NCBI GenBank assembly: GCA_964598205.1
Contig: CAZRBB010000002.1
Span: 52,459-116,458 of the forward strand
Source: an uncultured Candidatus Saccharibacteria bacterium
GTDB taxonomy: Bacteria > Patescibacteriota > Minisyncoccia > CAIUEV01 > JAHKAQ01
Length of the DNA: 64,000 nt
Direction of reading: 5' to 3'
Shown: positions 56,299 through 64,000 of the stretch, in pieces
Layout of the letters: each line of letters begins with the position of its first letter
Position numbering within the stretch: the first letter of the stretch is position 1
Program-made: the position numbers and the translations under genes
The notes under the pieces: generated by a model
Database searches by the model: none
What the model was told of the DNA's origin: nothing
Seen by the model: only the letters and a program-made list of their open reading frames with translations

Positions 56299-57921
56299 CT
56301 AAAGCACCTCTCCTCCAAATTCACTGATTATTTCTAAAGCAGAACCAGGCTGGTTCCTTTTAAGATCTTTGGGAATGTCTTTATCTAACAGATAGCAAAA
56401 AGTGAAACCAGAATCAAGGATTTCTCCAACTACTCCTTGTACTAATCGTTTATTGTTCAAATTTTCTAGCTGTTCTTTATGAAAACCGTATTTAACTTTA
56501 ATAATCGCTCGATCAATTCCTTCTAGCGCTACTGGATAGCAATTCTGAAGTATCCCCCAAAGAGAGCAGTTTTGACTTCTTACTCCTTCTAGAATTTTTG
56601 GCCAAAGCTGGCAAACTTTTTCTAGTCCAATTCCCTCTTTTGAATCTAGTTTTTGATTGGAATCTGGTTTTTGGTTGGGATCTGGTTTTTGGTTGGGATC
56701 TGGTTTTGTTTTGGGTTCGGTGGTGGTTTTTGCTTTAGACTTTGATTCTGGTTTGGGTTCGGGCTTTTGTTCGGGCTTTTGTTCGGGTTTGTTTTTTAAT
56801 TCACCCTGCGATTTTAAAGAAATCGCGGAAGAAAAACTGTTGTCTCCGATTAAATCTAAAAGAGCTAGTTCTAGCGGTAAATGAGGTAATGGTGAATCTT
56901 TGATTCCGGCTTGAGCTGTTAGAATCCGAGCAATAAAGCGTCCTAGCTGGTTGATAGAAAAAGAAAGCGATAACTCTTCTGTTAGCGCTAGGGCATCTTC
57001 CGATATTTTGTAACTTAATTCTTTTTTAAATTTAGGGTTTATTTTTAGAACCAAGATGTCTCGTAATGTGTCTAGAATATTCTTGGTATAACTTAAAATG
57101 TCGTATCCCGAGTGAGCAACTTCTTGAATCAAGAGAAATCCAGCCCGGAGATCTTGATTCTTTAAGGAATCTAAAAAAAGAAAAACTTTTTTAAAATCTG
57201 GTAGACCAAGAATCTTTTGAACCTCTTTTTCTGTAACGCGTTTGTCTTCTAGCTTCATTACTTGATCCAAAAGACTAATGGCGTCTCTCATGCCACCTTC
57301 GGCCGCCGCCGCTAAAATGCGAAGCGCGCCTTCTTCTATTACTACCTTTTCTTTTTGGGCAATAGTTTTTAATCTTTTAATAATCCCTTGATTAGAAACC
57401 GCTTTAAATTCCAAGCGTTGGCATCGAGAAATAATTGTTTTGGGAATTTTTTCCATTTCAGTGGTGGCCAAAATAAAGATCACGGAAGCTGGCGGTTCTT
57501 CTAATGATTTTAAAAGAGCATTAAAGGCGCCACGAGAAAGCATGTGGGCTTCGTCTATAATGTAAACCTTGCGCTTTAAAAGAGAGGGTGCTGTGGCCAG
57601 CGTTTCTTTTAATTCTCTAATGTTCTCTACTCCCGTATGAGAAGCAGCGTCTATCTCTGTTAGGTCTAGTTCTTGCTTGTTTTTTATTAAAAGACAGTTC
57701 CTGCATTTACCACAAGGTTCTCCTTCTTTTGGGTCCAAGCAATTAACCGCCTTGCCAAAAATGCGGGCAGCAGTTGTTTTTCCCACTCCTCTTGGTCCAA
57801 AAAAAAGATAAGCGTGGGTTAGTCGCTCCATTTTTACCGAGTTTTTTAGAATAGCTATGGTTTTTTCTTGCTCTAAGATATTGGAAAAAACTAGCGGTCG
57901 GTATTTATTATAAAGAGTCAT
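56299..57921 (-). CDS. dnaX: DNA polymerase III subunit gamma/tau
   Basis: Walker A GPRGVGKTT, Zn module CGKCRNCL, sensor motifs. C-terminal region with low-complexity repeats KPEQKPEQKPEPKPE...KPDPNQKPDPNQKPDSNQK. Confidence 0.85.
   Translation of the reverse strand: MTLYNKYRPLVFSNILEQEKTIAILKNSVKMERLTHAYLFFGPRGVGKTTAARIFGKAVNCLDPKEGEPCGKCRNCLLIKNKQELDLTEIDAASHTGVENIRELKETLATAPSLLKRKVYIIDEAHMLSRGAFNALLKSLEEPPASVIFILATTEMEKIPKTIISRCQRLEFKAVSNQGIIKRLKTIAQKEKVVIEEGALRILAAAAEGGMRDAISLLDQVMKLEDKRVTEKEVQKILGLPDFKKVFLFLDSLKNQDLRAGFLLIQEVAHSGYDILSYTKNILDTLRDILVLKINPKFKKELSYKISEDALALTEELSLSFSINQLGRFIARILTAQAGIKDSPLPHLPLELALLDLIGDNSFSSAISLKSQGELKNKPEQKPEQKPEPKPESKSKAKTTTEPKTKPDPNQKPDPNQKPDSNQKLDSKEGIGLEKVCQLWPKILEGVRSQNCSLWGILQNCYPVALEGIDRAIIKVKYGFHKEQLENLNNKRLVQGVVGEILDSGFTFCYLLDKDIPKDLKRNQPGSALEIISEFGGEVL
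56646..56795. repeat. tandem short direct repeats inside dnaX
   Basis: GGATCTGGTTTTTGGTTG occurs 3 times, then GGGCTTTTGTTC about 3 times. These encode the P/K/Q-rich linker. Confidence 0.6.
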
Positions 57922-57994
57922 TCTAGGTTAAAAGAAAAATAAAAACACTTCTCGGCATTCTAGCAAATTCCGAATTAAAGAGTAAGAACGAGAT

Positions 57995-58453
57995 CTAAAA
58001 CACCCAAAGCTTATAACCAATAAAATTCCAAATCAAGGAAACGCCGGTGGCTGCTGCCTTGCCAAAGAGTACCCAGTAATCTTGATTTTTTCTTTTATCA
58101 GAAGAAAGAGAGAAAAGACCCAAGAAAGGTGGAAAGAAGTTACTAACTGCCCAAGTGATTCCCGAATTAATAATCAGCCCGCCAATCGAAACAAAGAAAA
58201 ACTTAGTCGCCTGACCACTATAATCGGCTCCCTTATTGGAAAAAGTCCAAAATTTATTTAATAGAAAGCTGTTAATAGAAGCCACTATAAAAGAAATTGC
58301 CGAAAAAAGCATTATCCAGTATCCCTTGTTTTTCCTAGTGGTCTTGATTAAAACGGTTAGTACTGCAAAATCTATTCCTGTATTGATAAGACCAGTAACC
58401 ACGAACTTTCCAATTTGCGCAAACAGCGCCCCTTGCAAAAAAGCAAAAGTCAT
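57995..58453 (-). CDS. GtrA-like membrane protein
   Basis: 4 TM helices with N-terminal GLINTGIDFAVLTVLIK resembling the GtrA signature. 152 aa. Confidence 0.55.
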   Translation of the reverse strand: MTFAFLQGALFAQIGKFVVTGLINTGIDFAVLTVLIKTTRKNKGYWIMLFSAISFIVASINSFLLNKFWTFSNKGADYSGQATKFFFVSIGGLIINSGITWAVSNFFPPFLGLFSLSSDKRKNQDYWVLFGKAAATGVSLIWNFIGYKLWVF

Positions 58454-58463
58454 TAATTTTTAG

Positions 58464-59663
58464 TTAATTCTTTAAAATTTCTTCTGGGGTGTCGGGAAAC
58501 TCCTTCTGTACAATTCCTTCCTCCCGAACATCCTCTCCTTTAACTCTTATTTTGATTTTTTCTTGAAAGCTTTCTTTTTCTACTGGCGCGTCTAAGACAT
58601 CTTCTTCGGCCTGTGCCTTGTCTGCGCTTTCTTTGGCGTCTAGCGCTTCTTTTTCTAAATCTTCCATGGCTGGTGTCCATTCTTGAATGATTTCCTCCAT
58701 TTTCCCAGAAGTCAAGTCGGTTTTCTTTGTTGCTGAATCGGCCACTTCTACATTTTCTGCTGAAATCTCTACTGGAACTTCTGCTGAGCTTTCTAAACTT
58801 CCCTTAAGTTCTTCTTCATCTTCTACCTTTACTTCTATTTTAGTGGTGGGTTTAGTGGTGGGAGTTAGAATCGGAGTGGGAGCTATGACTGGTTTTTTCC
58901 TTACCACAATTTTTTTAGTTTTTTTAATTTTTTCTTCTACTAGAGGTTCTTCTATTGCTGGGATTTCTTCTGATTGAGCTTTCTCTTCTCCTCCAAAAAC
59001 CACAAATCGTTCTGCACCTCCATTACTTGTTGCTTCCTTTTTCTGAGAAAAAAAAGCGCGACCATCTTCCCTCTTAATAAAAGGATCCATCTCTTCATTG
59101 ATTGGTGCGTTTTCTTGAAATGCTTTTTTGGTAACATTTTCTATAGAACACCAAACCGGTTCGCCACTTCTAGGAACAATGATTGTGACTTCGTCTCCAG
59201 GTTGCGCTTTGTAATAAGTAACCGAGGCTAAAAGCACCTTGTAAAGCTTTTCTTCGGCTTCTATTGCAAAATTCCCGGATTCGTCTTCTCTTACTAAGCC
59301 GATAAAGCGCTTTCTTTCCACGGGGCCGATTTGTTTGTAAATAAAGTTGCCGTCGTCTGTAATTGTTAGCTTTAACATGTCTCCTTCCACCAATTTGGAT
59401 TTGCTGGCGTAATTGGCGGGAACGGGATACTGCTTGCCATCGTGGCCGATCATAATTTGACCGTCAAAAATTCCTTCCACAATCTTACCGTCCGGACTAG
59501 CTCCGTAAGTTTTCTTAATGCTAGTTGGCCGACTATCTCCTTCCATGCGCAAAAGCGTGGCTCTTGCTGAATAAATACTCTTTTCCGCTTCTTCTATAAT
59601 GCTTCTTAATGAATCAATTTTCCCTCTGTCCTCTTTTGTTATTTTTTGTTCTTCTTTTTTCAT
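58464..59663 (-). CDS. hypothetical protein with structured N-terminal domain and acidic/PT-rich low-complexity C-terminal half
   Basis: 399 aa. The N-terminal roughly 230 aa look globular. The C-terminus is rich in E, K and a PTPILTPTTKPTTK linker. No family recognised. Confidence 0.4.
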   Translation of the reverse strand: MKKEEQKITKEDRGKIDSLRSIIEEAEKSIYSARATLLRMEGDSRPTSIKKTYGASPDGKIVEGIFDGQIMIGHDGKQYPVPANYASKSKLVEGDMLKLTITDDGNFIYKQIGPVERKRFIGLVREDESGNFAIEAEEKLYKVLLASVTYYKAQPGDEVTIIVPRSGEPVWCSIENVTKKAFQENAPINEEMDPFIKREDGRAFFSQKKEATSNGGAERFVVFGGEEKAQSEEIPAIEEPLVEEKIKKTKKIVVRKKPVIAPTPILTPTTKPTTKIEVKVEDEEELKGSLESSAEVPVEISAENVEVADSATKKTDLTSGKMEEIIQEWTPAMEDLEKEALDAKESADKAQAEEDVLDAPVEKESFQEKIKIRVKGEDVREEGIVQKEFPDTPEEILKN

Positions 59664-59822
59664 ATTTGTAATTAAAAACCAAAAGGTAATCTTTTAGTTA
59701 CTAATAAAATTAATTAATTGTTTTTTCCTTTTTGTTTTATTCTCAAAGAAACCTTGGTCGAAGTGTACTACAAAATTTTAGGAAAAGCAAACCCCTTATT
59801 TAATTACGAATGACGAATTGCA

Positions 59823-60042
59823 GCTTTTCTGAGCTGTCGTTCTTCTCGGAGTACGCTCGGCCTCGACTGGGCCTCGCTCCACCTTGTCCCTGTCCTGCTT
59901 CGCCTAAAAAGCTTAAGGCTTTACAGAGACCAGAGGAGTATCTATTCATTAGACAAGGCTCTTAGTCTACTGAATAGATACTCCTCTGGTCTCTGTCAGC
60001 GGGAACAAGGAGCCTCCTCTAAGAACGACAGCTCAGAAAAGC
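59823..60042. repeat. palindromic element E: nested inverted repeats spanning about 220 bp
   Basis: Outer IR GCTTTTCTGAGCTGTCGTTCTT (59823-59844) pairs with AAGAACGACAGCTCAGAAAAGC (60021-60042). Inner IR AGACCAGAGGAGTATCTATTCA (59927-59948) pairs with TGAATAGATACTCCTCTGGTCT (59971-59992). The loop contains AGACAAGGCTCTTAGTCT, related to the shared core. Located in a roughly 470-bp divergent intergenic region. Confidence 0.6.
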
Positions 60043-60135
60043 CTAATCGTAATTATTAATTTATAATTAAGTAGGAGCTTGCCATTTTGAGTCTTAATCG
60101 ATATAATTAGCGGTTAAAAAGGAATCAAAAAAAGA

Positions 60136-60852
60136 ATGCAATACCCCTTCTTTGTTTCTCCCAATTTTACCTTGGGTCGAAAAAAGAAAATTAAAGCCCT
60201 AATTTTACACCGCACTTTTGGCGATTTACAAAAAACTGTTCGCTGGTGTTTTAATCTTGGCTCCCAAGAATCGTTTCATTTTTTAATTTCTAGAGAAGGA
60301 CAAGTTATTCAACTAATTAAATGCCAAGATACTGCCTGGCATTGCGGTTTTATCACCAATTCCCAAGCCCCTAGTTTTCTTTCCCCTAATCCCAACTTCT
60401 CTTCCCTAGGTATTGCTTGCGAAGACGAGGGTTCACTAAAAGAATGCTCTTTGACTTCGGCTCAGATACGATCATTAGGAGAATTGATTAGAGATATTTC
60501 GGCAGAAATTAATTTACCGCTAACCGCAGAAAATATTATGAGCCACGGTGCGGTTGATCCGCTACGCAATCCTAAAGATCACTTTTCTCCTTTGGACTGG
60601 GAGAAAATTATAAAACAGGCTGGATTTTTGGATCAGAATCCTAGTCCTGCCAAAAAAAAATCCAAAGAAAATATTTTTGTGATTGAAAACCTAATCACCA
60701 AGCTGTTTCGGGGTATTTTGGGTCGCGATCCTAATATTTCCGAGCTGGATTATTACAAATATTCAGGATTAGATATTGCTCAGATTTCTCGACGACTTAC
60801 CCAAGCAGAAGAATTTCAAAACAATAAAAATATTATTAAGAACAAAGAATGA
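60136..60852 (+). CDS. N-acetylmuramoyl-L-alanine amidase (Amidase_2/PGRP fold) with C-terminal DUF4214-like domain
   Basis: ILHRTFGDLQKTVRWCFNLGSQESFHFLISREGQVIQLIKCQDTAWHCG has Amidase_2 zinc ligands and signature. The C-terminal region LFRGILGRDPNISELDYY matches DUF4214-type repeats. Confidence 0.6.
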   Translation: MQYPFFVSPNFTLGRKKKIKALILHRTFGDLQKTVRWCFNLGSQESFHFLISREGQVIQLIKCQDTAWHCGFITNSQAPSFLSPNPNFSSLGIACEDEGSLKECSLTSAQIRSLGELIRDISAEINLPLTAENIMSHGAVDPLRNPKDHFSPLDWEKIIKQAGFLDQNPSPAKKKSKENIFVIENLITKLFRGILGRDPNISELDYYKYSGLDIAQISRRLTQAEEFQNNKNIIKNKE

Positions 60853-61286
60853 CTTTAGAAATTTTATTGTCTTTGTTTATTGGAAGTTATGTCTTGACTT
60901 TTATTTTGGACCCATTCCTCAAAAAAAATCCTTCTTGGAAGGGAAAAAATATTTTTCTTTTGATTTCCTTGGTGCTAGGGCTATCAATGGGCTTTATTAT
61001 TTCGGTTGCTCTTAATTTAAACCAAGTCAGTTTTTTAATTTTGGGGCTAACGATTTTTTCTTTGAATTACACCGTTTCTGATTTAACCTTAATAGTAAAA
61101 AATCGGAAGAAAGAAAATCAAAAACCATTCTTAATTGATTTTAAAAAATCAGAAGAAATGCCATTGAATCCTTGCTATGACCAACTAGCAACCGATAAAC
61201 TCAAGGAAGAAACTCCCCTACCAGATAAATTTTCCGCCAAAACAATAAAAACAAAACCTTTTGGAGAAAAAGGGTTTGGACTGTAA
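60849..61286 (+). CDS. small membrane protein, unknown function
   Basis: 3 TM helices. Overlaps the amidase gene by 4 nt. 145 aa. Confidence 0.4.
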   Translation: MTLEILLSLFIGSYVLTFILDPFLKKNPSWKGKNIFLLISLVLGLSMGFIISVALNLNQVSFLILGLTIFSLNYTVSDLTLIVKNRKKENQKPFLIDFKKSEEMPLNPCYDQLATDKLKEETPLPDKFSAKTIKTKPFGEKGFGL

Positions 61287-61338
61287 TTAAATACGAATTA
61301 CAAATTGTAGTACTAATTCATTAAACCTAATGGGCGAG

Positions 61339-62094
61339 TTAAAGACTAGAAGCTGAATTTTGGTTTAACACGCTAGCCTCTTTTTTATATAAAAGTTCAA
61401 TTACCTTTTTTTCTAAATCAGAATTAAAAATTTTTAATTCAATCCCTCTGGATTTTTGCGCCTTCCCAGCTATGTTATAAAGACGATTCCCTCCAATTTT
61501 GGTGGCATCAAAAATATCTAAAATAGAAAGAGTTCTGGATAGTTCTTCTATTTCGGGATTTTCTTCTCGTCTTTCTGCCTTCCTTATGTCTTTGGACATT
61601 TGTATGTTTTCTTCGCACTGTTCCCGAGGATACCCTTTGTGCTGATGGTGACGGACTTCCATTTCTGCCTCTTCGTAGGCATTTAAACCAATAAGATGAG
61701 CAAAGCCTTTCCAAACATGCTCTTGCATCATTGCCAATTCTTCTGGAGAAAATTTTCCCGGCTTTTGAACAATTTCTTTGGGAACAAATATTTTTCCAAC
61801 ATCGTGGACCAGGGCCGAGCTTAAAAGAAGTTCGCTTTTGGAGGCTGGGAGATTAAGTTCTTTAGAAATAAAAACAGCTAGCCCTCCGGTTTTTAGAAGA
61901 TGTTCAAAAGTTACATGATCGAATTCATAAACCTCTTTTAGGACATCTAGGATAAAAGGTTTTTTTTCAATAATCGCTTTGATTTCTGGAAGAAGGTCTA
62001 TTTGGCCAGGCAATTTGCTGGTTATTTCTGGAACTGGAAGGTTTGGTGGAGCTTCTAGGTTTAAGGCATTAGGATCTTCAAAGCGTCTGTTCAT
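61339..62094 (-). CDS. HD-GYP domain protein (putative cyclic-nucleotide phosphodiesterase)
   Basis: HDVGKIFVPKEIVQKPGKFSPEELAMMQEHV matches the HD-GYP consensus HDxGK...KPGKL(T/S)xEE...H. Downstream is HHQHKGYPRE with the GYP motif. 251 aa. Confidence 0.7.
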   Translation of the reverse strand: MNRRFEDPNALNLEAPPNLPVPEITSKLPGQIDLLPEIKAIIEKKPFILDVLKEVYEFDHVTFEHLLKTGGLAVFISKELNLPASKSELLLSSALVHDVGKIFVPKEIVQKPGKFSPEELAMMQEHVWKGFAHLIGLNAYEEAEMEVRHHQHKGYPREQCEENIQMSKDIRKAERREENPEIEELSRTLSILDIFDATKIGGNRLYNIAGKAQKSRGIELKIFNSDLEKKVIELLYKKEASVLNQNSASSL

Positions 62095-62132
62095 AGAGAT
62101 TGGTTTTATTAGGACTTATACGTTTGGCATAA

Positions 62133-63206
62133 TTATATTTTCTTAACCACTCCAAAATTAGCGTCTACTTCTAACATGTCACCGTCCTTAAAAATCTTGG
62201 TGGCGGTCTTGGTTCCCACAATACAGGGAATCCCCAGCTCTCGGCTTACAATCGCCGCGTGAGAAAGCATGCCGCCTTGATCGGTAACAATTGCCCCGGC
62301 AAGCTTGCAGAGCGCCATATATTCAGGAGATGTGGTTTGGGCCACTAAAATATCCCCTTGATTCATTTTAGGAATAATTTTTCTAACTTCTAAAAGATCG
62401 TTGAACATTGGAGCAATCACCGCTTTTCCAATTATTTTTCCCTTATTGGCAATAATTCCTTTTGCTTTGTCCCCCTGATTATCTTTTACAAATGTGGTAA
62501 GAATTTTTACGGAATCCGGATAACTATATTCATGCAAACGCCCATTATTAACGGCCAGTGCATAACACTTCTTCCGATTATCTATCACCTCTTTTCCAAC
62601 TTTTTTTCCCAAAAATAAATCAAGAAGTTCAAAAGAAAATAAAAAATTCGCTTCATCATTTTTTAGGAACTGCTTGGATAGTGAATCAAGAATGTTGGGA
62701 ATCACTCCCCCCTTGAACATATAGGCGTTTAAGGTTTCTCTTGCGGTAAGCTTTAGCTGGCCTAAGTCGCTTAGATTTTTTTGTAAAATTTTATTTTTAT
62801 CTTTTAACATAACCTTGTACGCCAAGTCGTGGAACGAATGCTCTGTGAAGCAGTAAAGATACCAAAACAAGGAAAGATCTTGGAATAATTTTTTTAATTC
62901 AGATTTTTTTAGCTTTTGGGTTTCTTTATATTTTAAGATTATGGGCGGAGCTGTGTTCGCTAAATAGTCCCTAAAAGTTTTGGCATATTTTTGGTATTTA
63001 TTTTTGGAACTAAATAAATCTAAACCGGTCGCTAAACATTCTATTTCCTTTTCTTTGTTAATAAACGAATTCCAGCTTTTACTATCCGAAACAATTAAAA
63101 GATCCCCTTGCTTAAAAGATCCAGTTACAAAAAATTCGCTGTGAAGGATAGATATTTGATTTTCAAATCTAAATATCTCTTTGTATAATTCTATTTTGGG
63201 AATCAT
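62133..63206 (-). CDS. PEP-utilizing enzyme mobile (phosphohistidine swivel) domain protein with unknown N-terminal domain
   Basis: The C-terminal sequence ILVAQTTSPEYMALCKLAGAIVTDQGGMLSHAAIVSRELGIPCIVGT is the canonical PEP-utilizers motif with the phospho-His. No ATP-grasp domain was recognised. 357 aa. Confidence 0.65.
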   Translation of the reverse strand: MIPKIELYKEIFRFENQISILHSEFFVTGSFKQGDLLIVSDSKSWNSFINKEKEIECLATGLDLFSSKNKYQKYAKTFRDYLANTAPPIILKYKETQKLKKSELKKLFQDLSLFWYLYCFTEHSFHDLAYKVMLKDKNKILQKNLSDLGQLKLTARETLNAYMFKGGVIPNILDSLSKQFLKNDEANFLFSFELLDLFLGKKVGKEVIDNRKKCYALAVNNGRLHEYSYPDSVKILTTFVKDNQGDKAKGIIANKGKIIGKAVIAPMFNDLLEVRKIIPKMNQGDILVAQTTSPEYMALCKLAGAIVTDQGGMLSHAAIVSRELGIPCIVGTKTATKIFKDGDMLEVDANFGVVKKI

Positions 63207-63211
63207 AGAGA

Positions 63212-63931
63212 TTACTCGTTAACCACGCTCTCTTTGTCTTTAGGTTCAGCAGTCACCTCTTTTTTAGGTGCTTCGTAGACTACATTTTCCTTGTCTCTAA
63301 ATTCGGCAATCACCTTTTCTGGGGATACTTCAAAATTGATTGCTTCACAATAATTAATATTATGTTCCTCAAAATACTGCTCTAGCGCAAGGACTAAATA
63401 GTTCTCATGGCCAAATCCCAATACTTTAATATTTCTACCGCCACCTTCTTTTTTGATTTTATTATCGGCAAAGCGCACTAGCCGGATAATATTTTTAAAA
63501 TTTCTTTGAAGTAATTCTTCAGCCGATTTATGCTTAGGATCTATTGAACCAAAGATCTCTTTTATTTTTTGGGAATGGGCCGCAAAATTTGCCACCCAAG
63601 AACCTTTATCGTTGGCTTCTATTATTTTTCTGGCTTCTGCCCATTTAGCCTTGGTTTCTTCTTGAACATTTTCCCAATTAACATTAAACAATTTTGCAGG
63701 ATCGGGATTGTAAACGGTCATTAATAGATTGTTCTTGGGGTTTAGGGAGAGAGTGTCTAGAACCTTGATTTCTCCTTCACCTACGGTTTCGGCATAATCA
63801 TTACCGGCGTGATCTGGTTTAATTCTTTTAAAACCTCTTTCTTTGGCCACTTGCCTGTAAATATCCGCTGTTCCAATTGCTCTTGCCTCACTACTCGATG
63901 CCAAAAAGATTTCGTCTTTTTCTGGATCCAA
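63212..63931 (-). CDS. hypothetical protein
   Basis: 239 aa with no recognisable motif. It may be co-transcribed with the PEP-utilizing gene (5-nt gap). The start is near the window edge. Confidence 0.35.
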   Translation of the reverse strand: MDPEKDEIFLASSSEARAIGTADIYRQVAKERGFKRIKPDHAGNDYAETVGEGEIKVLDTLSLNPKNNLLMTVYNPDPAKLFNVNWENVQEETKAKWAEARKIIEANDKGSWVANFAAHSQKIKEIFGSIDPKHKSAEELLQRNFKNIIRLVRFADNKIKKEGGGRNIKVLGFGHENYLVLALEQYFEEHNINYCEAINFEVSPEKVIAEFRDKENVVYEAPKKEVTAEPKDKESVVNE

Positions 63932-64000
63932 GCCGTCAAAATAAGCTTCTGCTTCTGTTCTGGGTAGTTAATTGGAGCTTCTGGTGTTGGTCCCTTAACA

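Overview
This 64 kb window is gene-dense bacterial chromosome with about 75 protein genes and 5 tRNAs. Most genes are on the minus strand, many ORFs are 4 to 40 nt apart or overlapping, and ribosomal proteins S6 and L7/L12 carry KE-rich low-complexity extensions. It looks like a small-genome, uncultivated-type bacterium, possibly CPR/Patescibacteria-like; that is an inference, and no rRNA is present to test it. The standard genetic code fits all long ORFs.

Recognisable core genes:
- Aminoacyl-tRNA synthetases: lysS, leuS, pheS-pheT, glyQ-glyS.
- Translation: the rpsF-ssb-rpsR cluster, efp, rplJ-rplL, and secY-map-ruvX.
- Other housekeeping: greA, mreB, murA, priA, dnaX.
- tRNAs: Lys(TTT), Val(TAC), Phe(GAA), Met/Ile2(CAT), Gln(TTG).

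Accessory content:
- A MacB/FtsX-type tripartite ABC exporter operon (membrane-fusion protein, ATPase, two permeases) with a small Cys-rich protein at its 3' end.
- A fused ABC exporter.
- A glycoside hydrolase pair (GH1 plus a clan GH-A-like enzyme) next to a transglutaminase-like protein.
- A secreted coiled-coil protein with a C-terminal papain-like peptidase domain.
- A GT4 glycosyltransferase.
- A sugar-modification-type block: GT-B-like protein, two Gfo/Idh/MocA oxidoreductases, two paralogous TIM-barrel isomerase/epimerase-like proteins and an SDR.
- An RNHCP-domain protein.
- A sensor histidine kinase plus stand-alone receiver pair.
- An LD-carboxypeptidase (S66), a GNAT, an amidohydrolase and a radical-SAM-like half barrel.
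- An Amidase_2 cell-wall amidase, a GtrA-like protein, an HD-GYP protein and a PEP-utilizing mobile-domain protein.

Composition is heterogeneous by eye (I did not compute GC). Two strongly AT-rich blocks, about 29.1 to 38.7 kb and 41.5 to 51.5 kb, are separated by a more GC-rich RNHCP / tRNA-Met / two-component segment. The first block starts exactly at a convergent tRNA cluster. Both blocks contain an aaRS operon (pheST, glyQS).

Unexplained non-coding structure:
- At least five large, near-perfect palindromic intergenic elements. Three share a 20-nt quasi-palindromic core, CAGACAAGGCTCTGAGTCTG.
- A recurring AT-rich ATTACGAAT / AATTTTGAATTT motif family in promoter-like regions.

No CRISPR array, rRNA, transposase or integrase gene was recognised.
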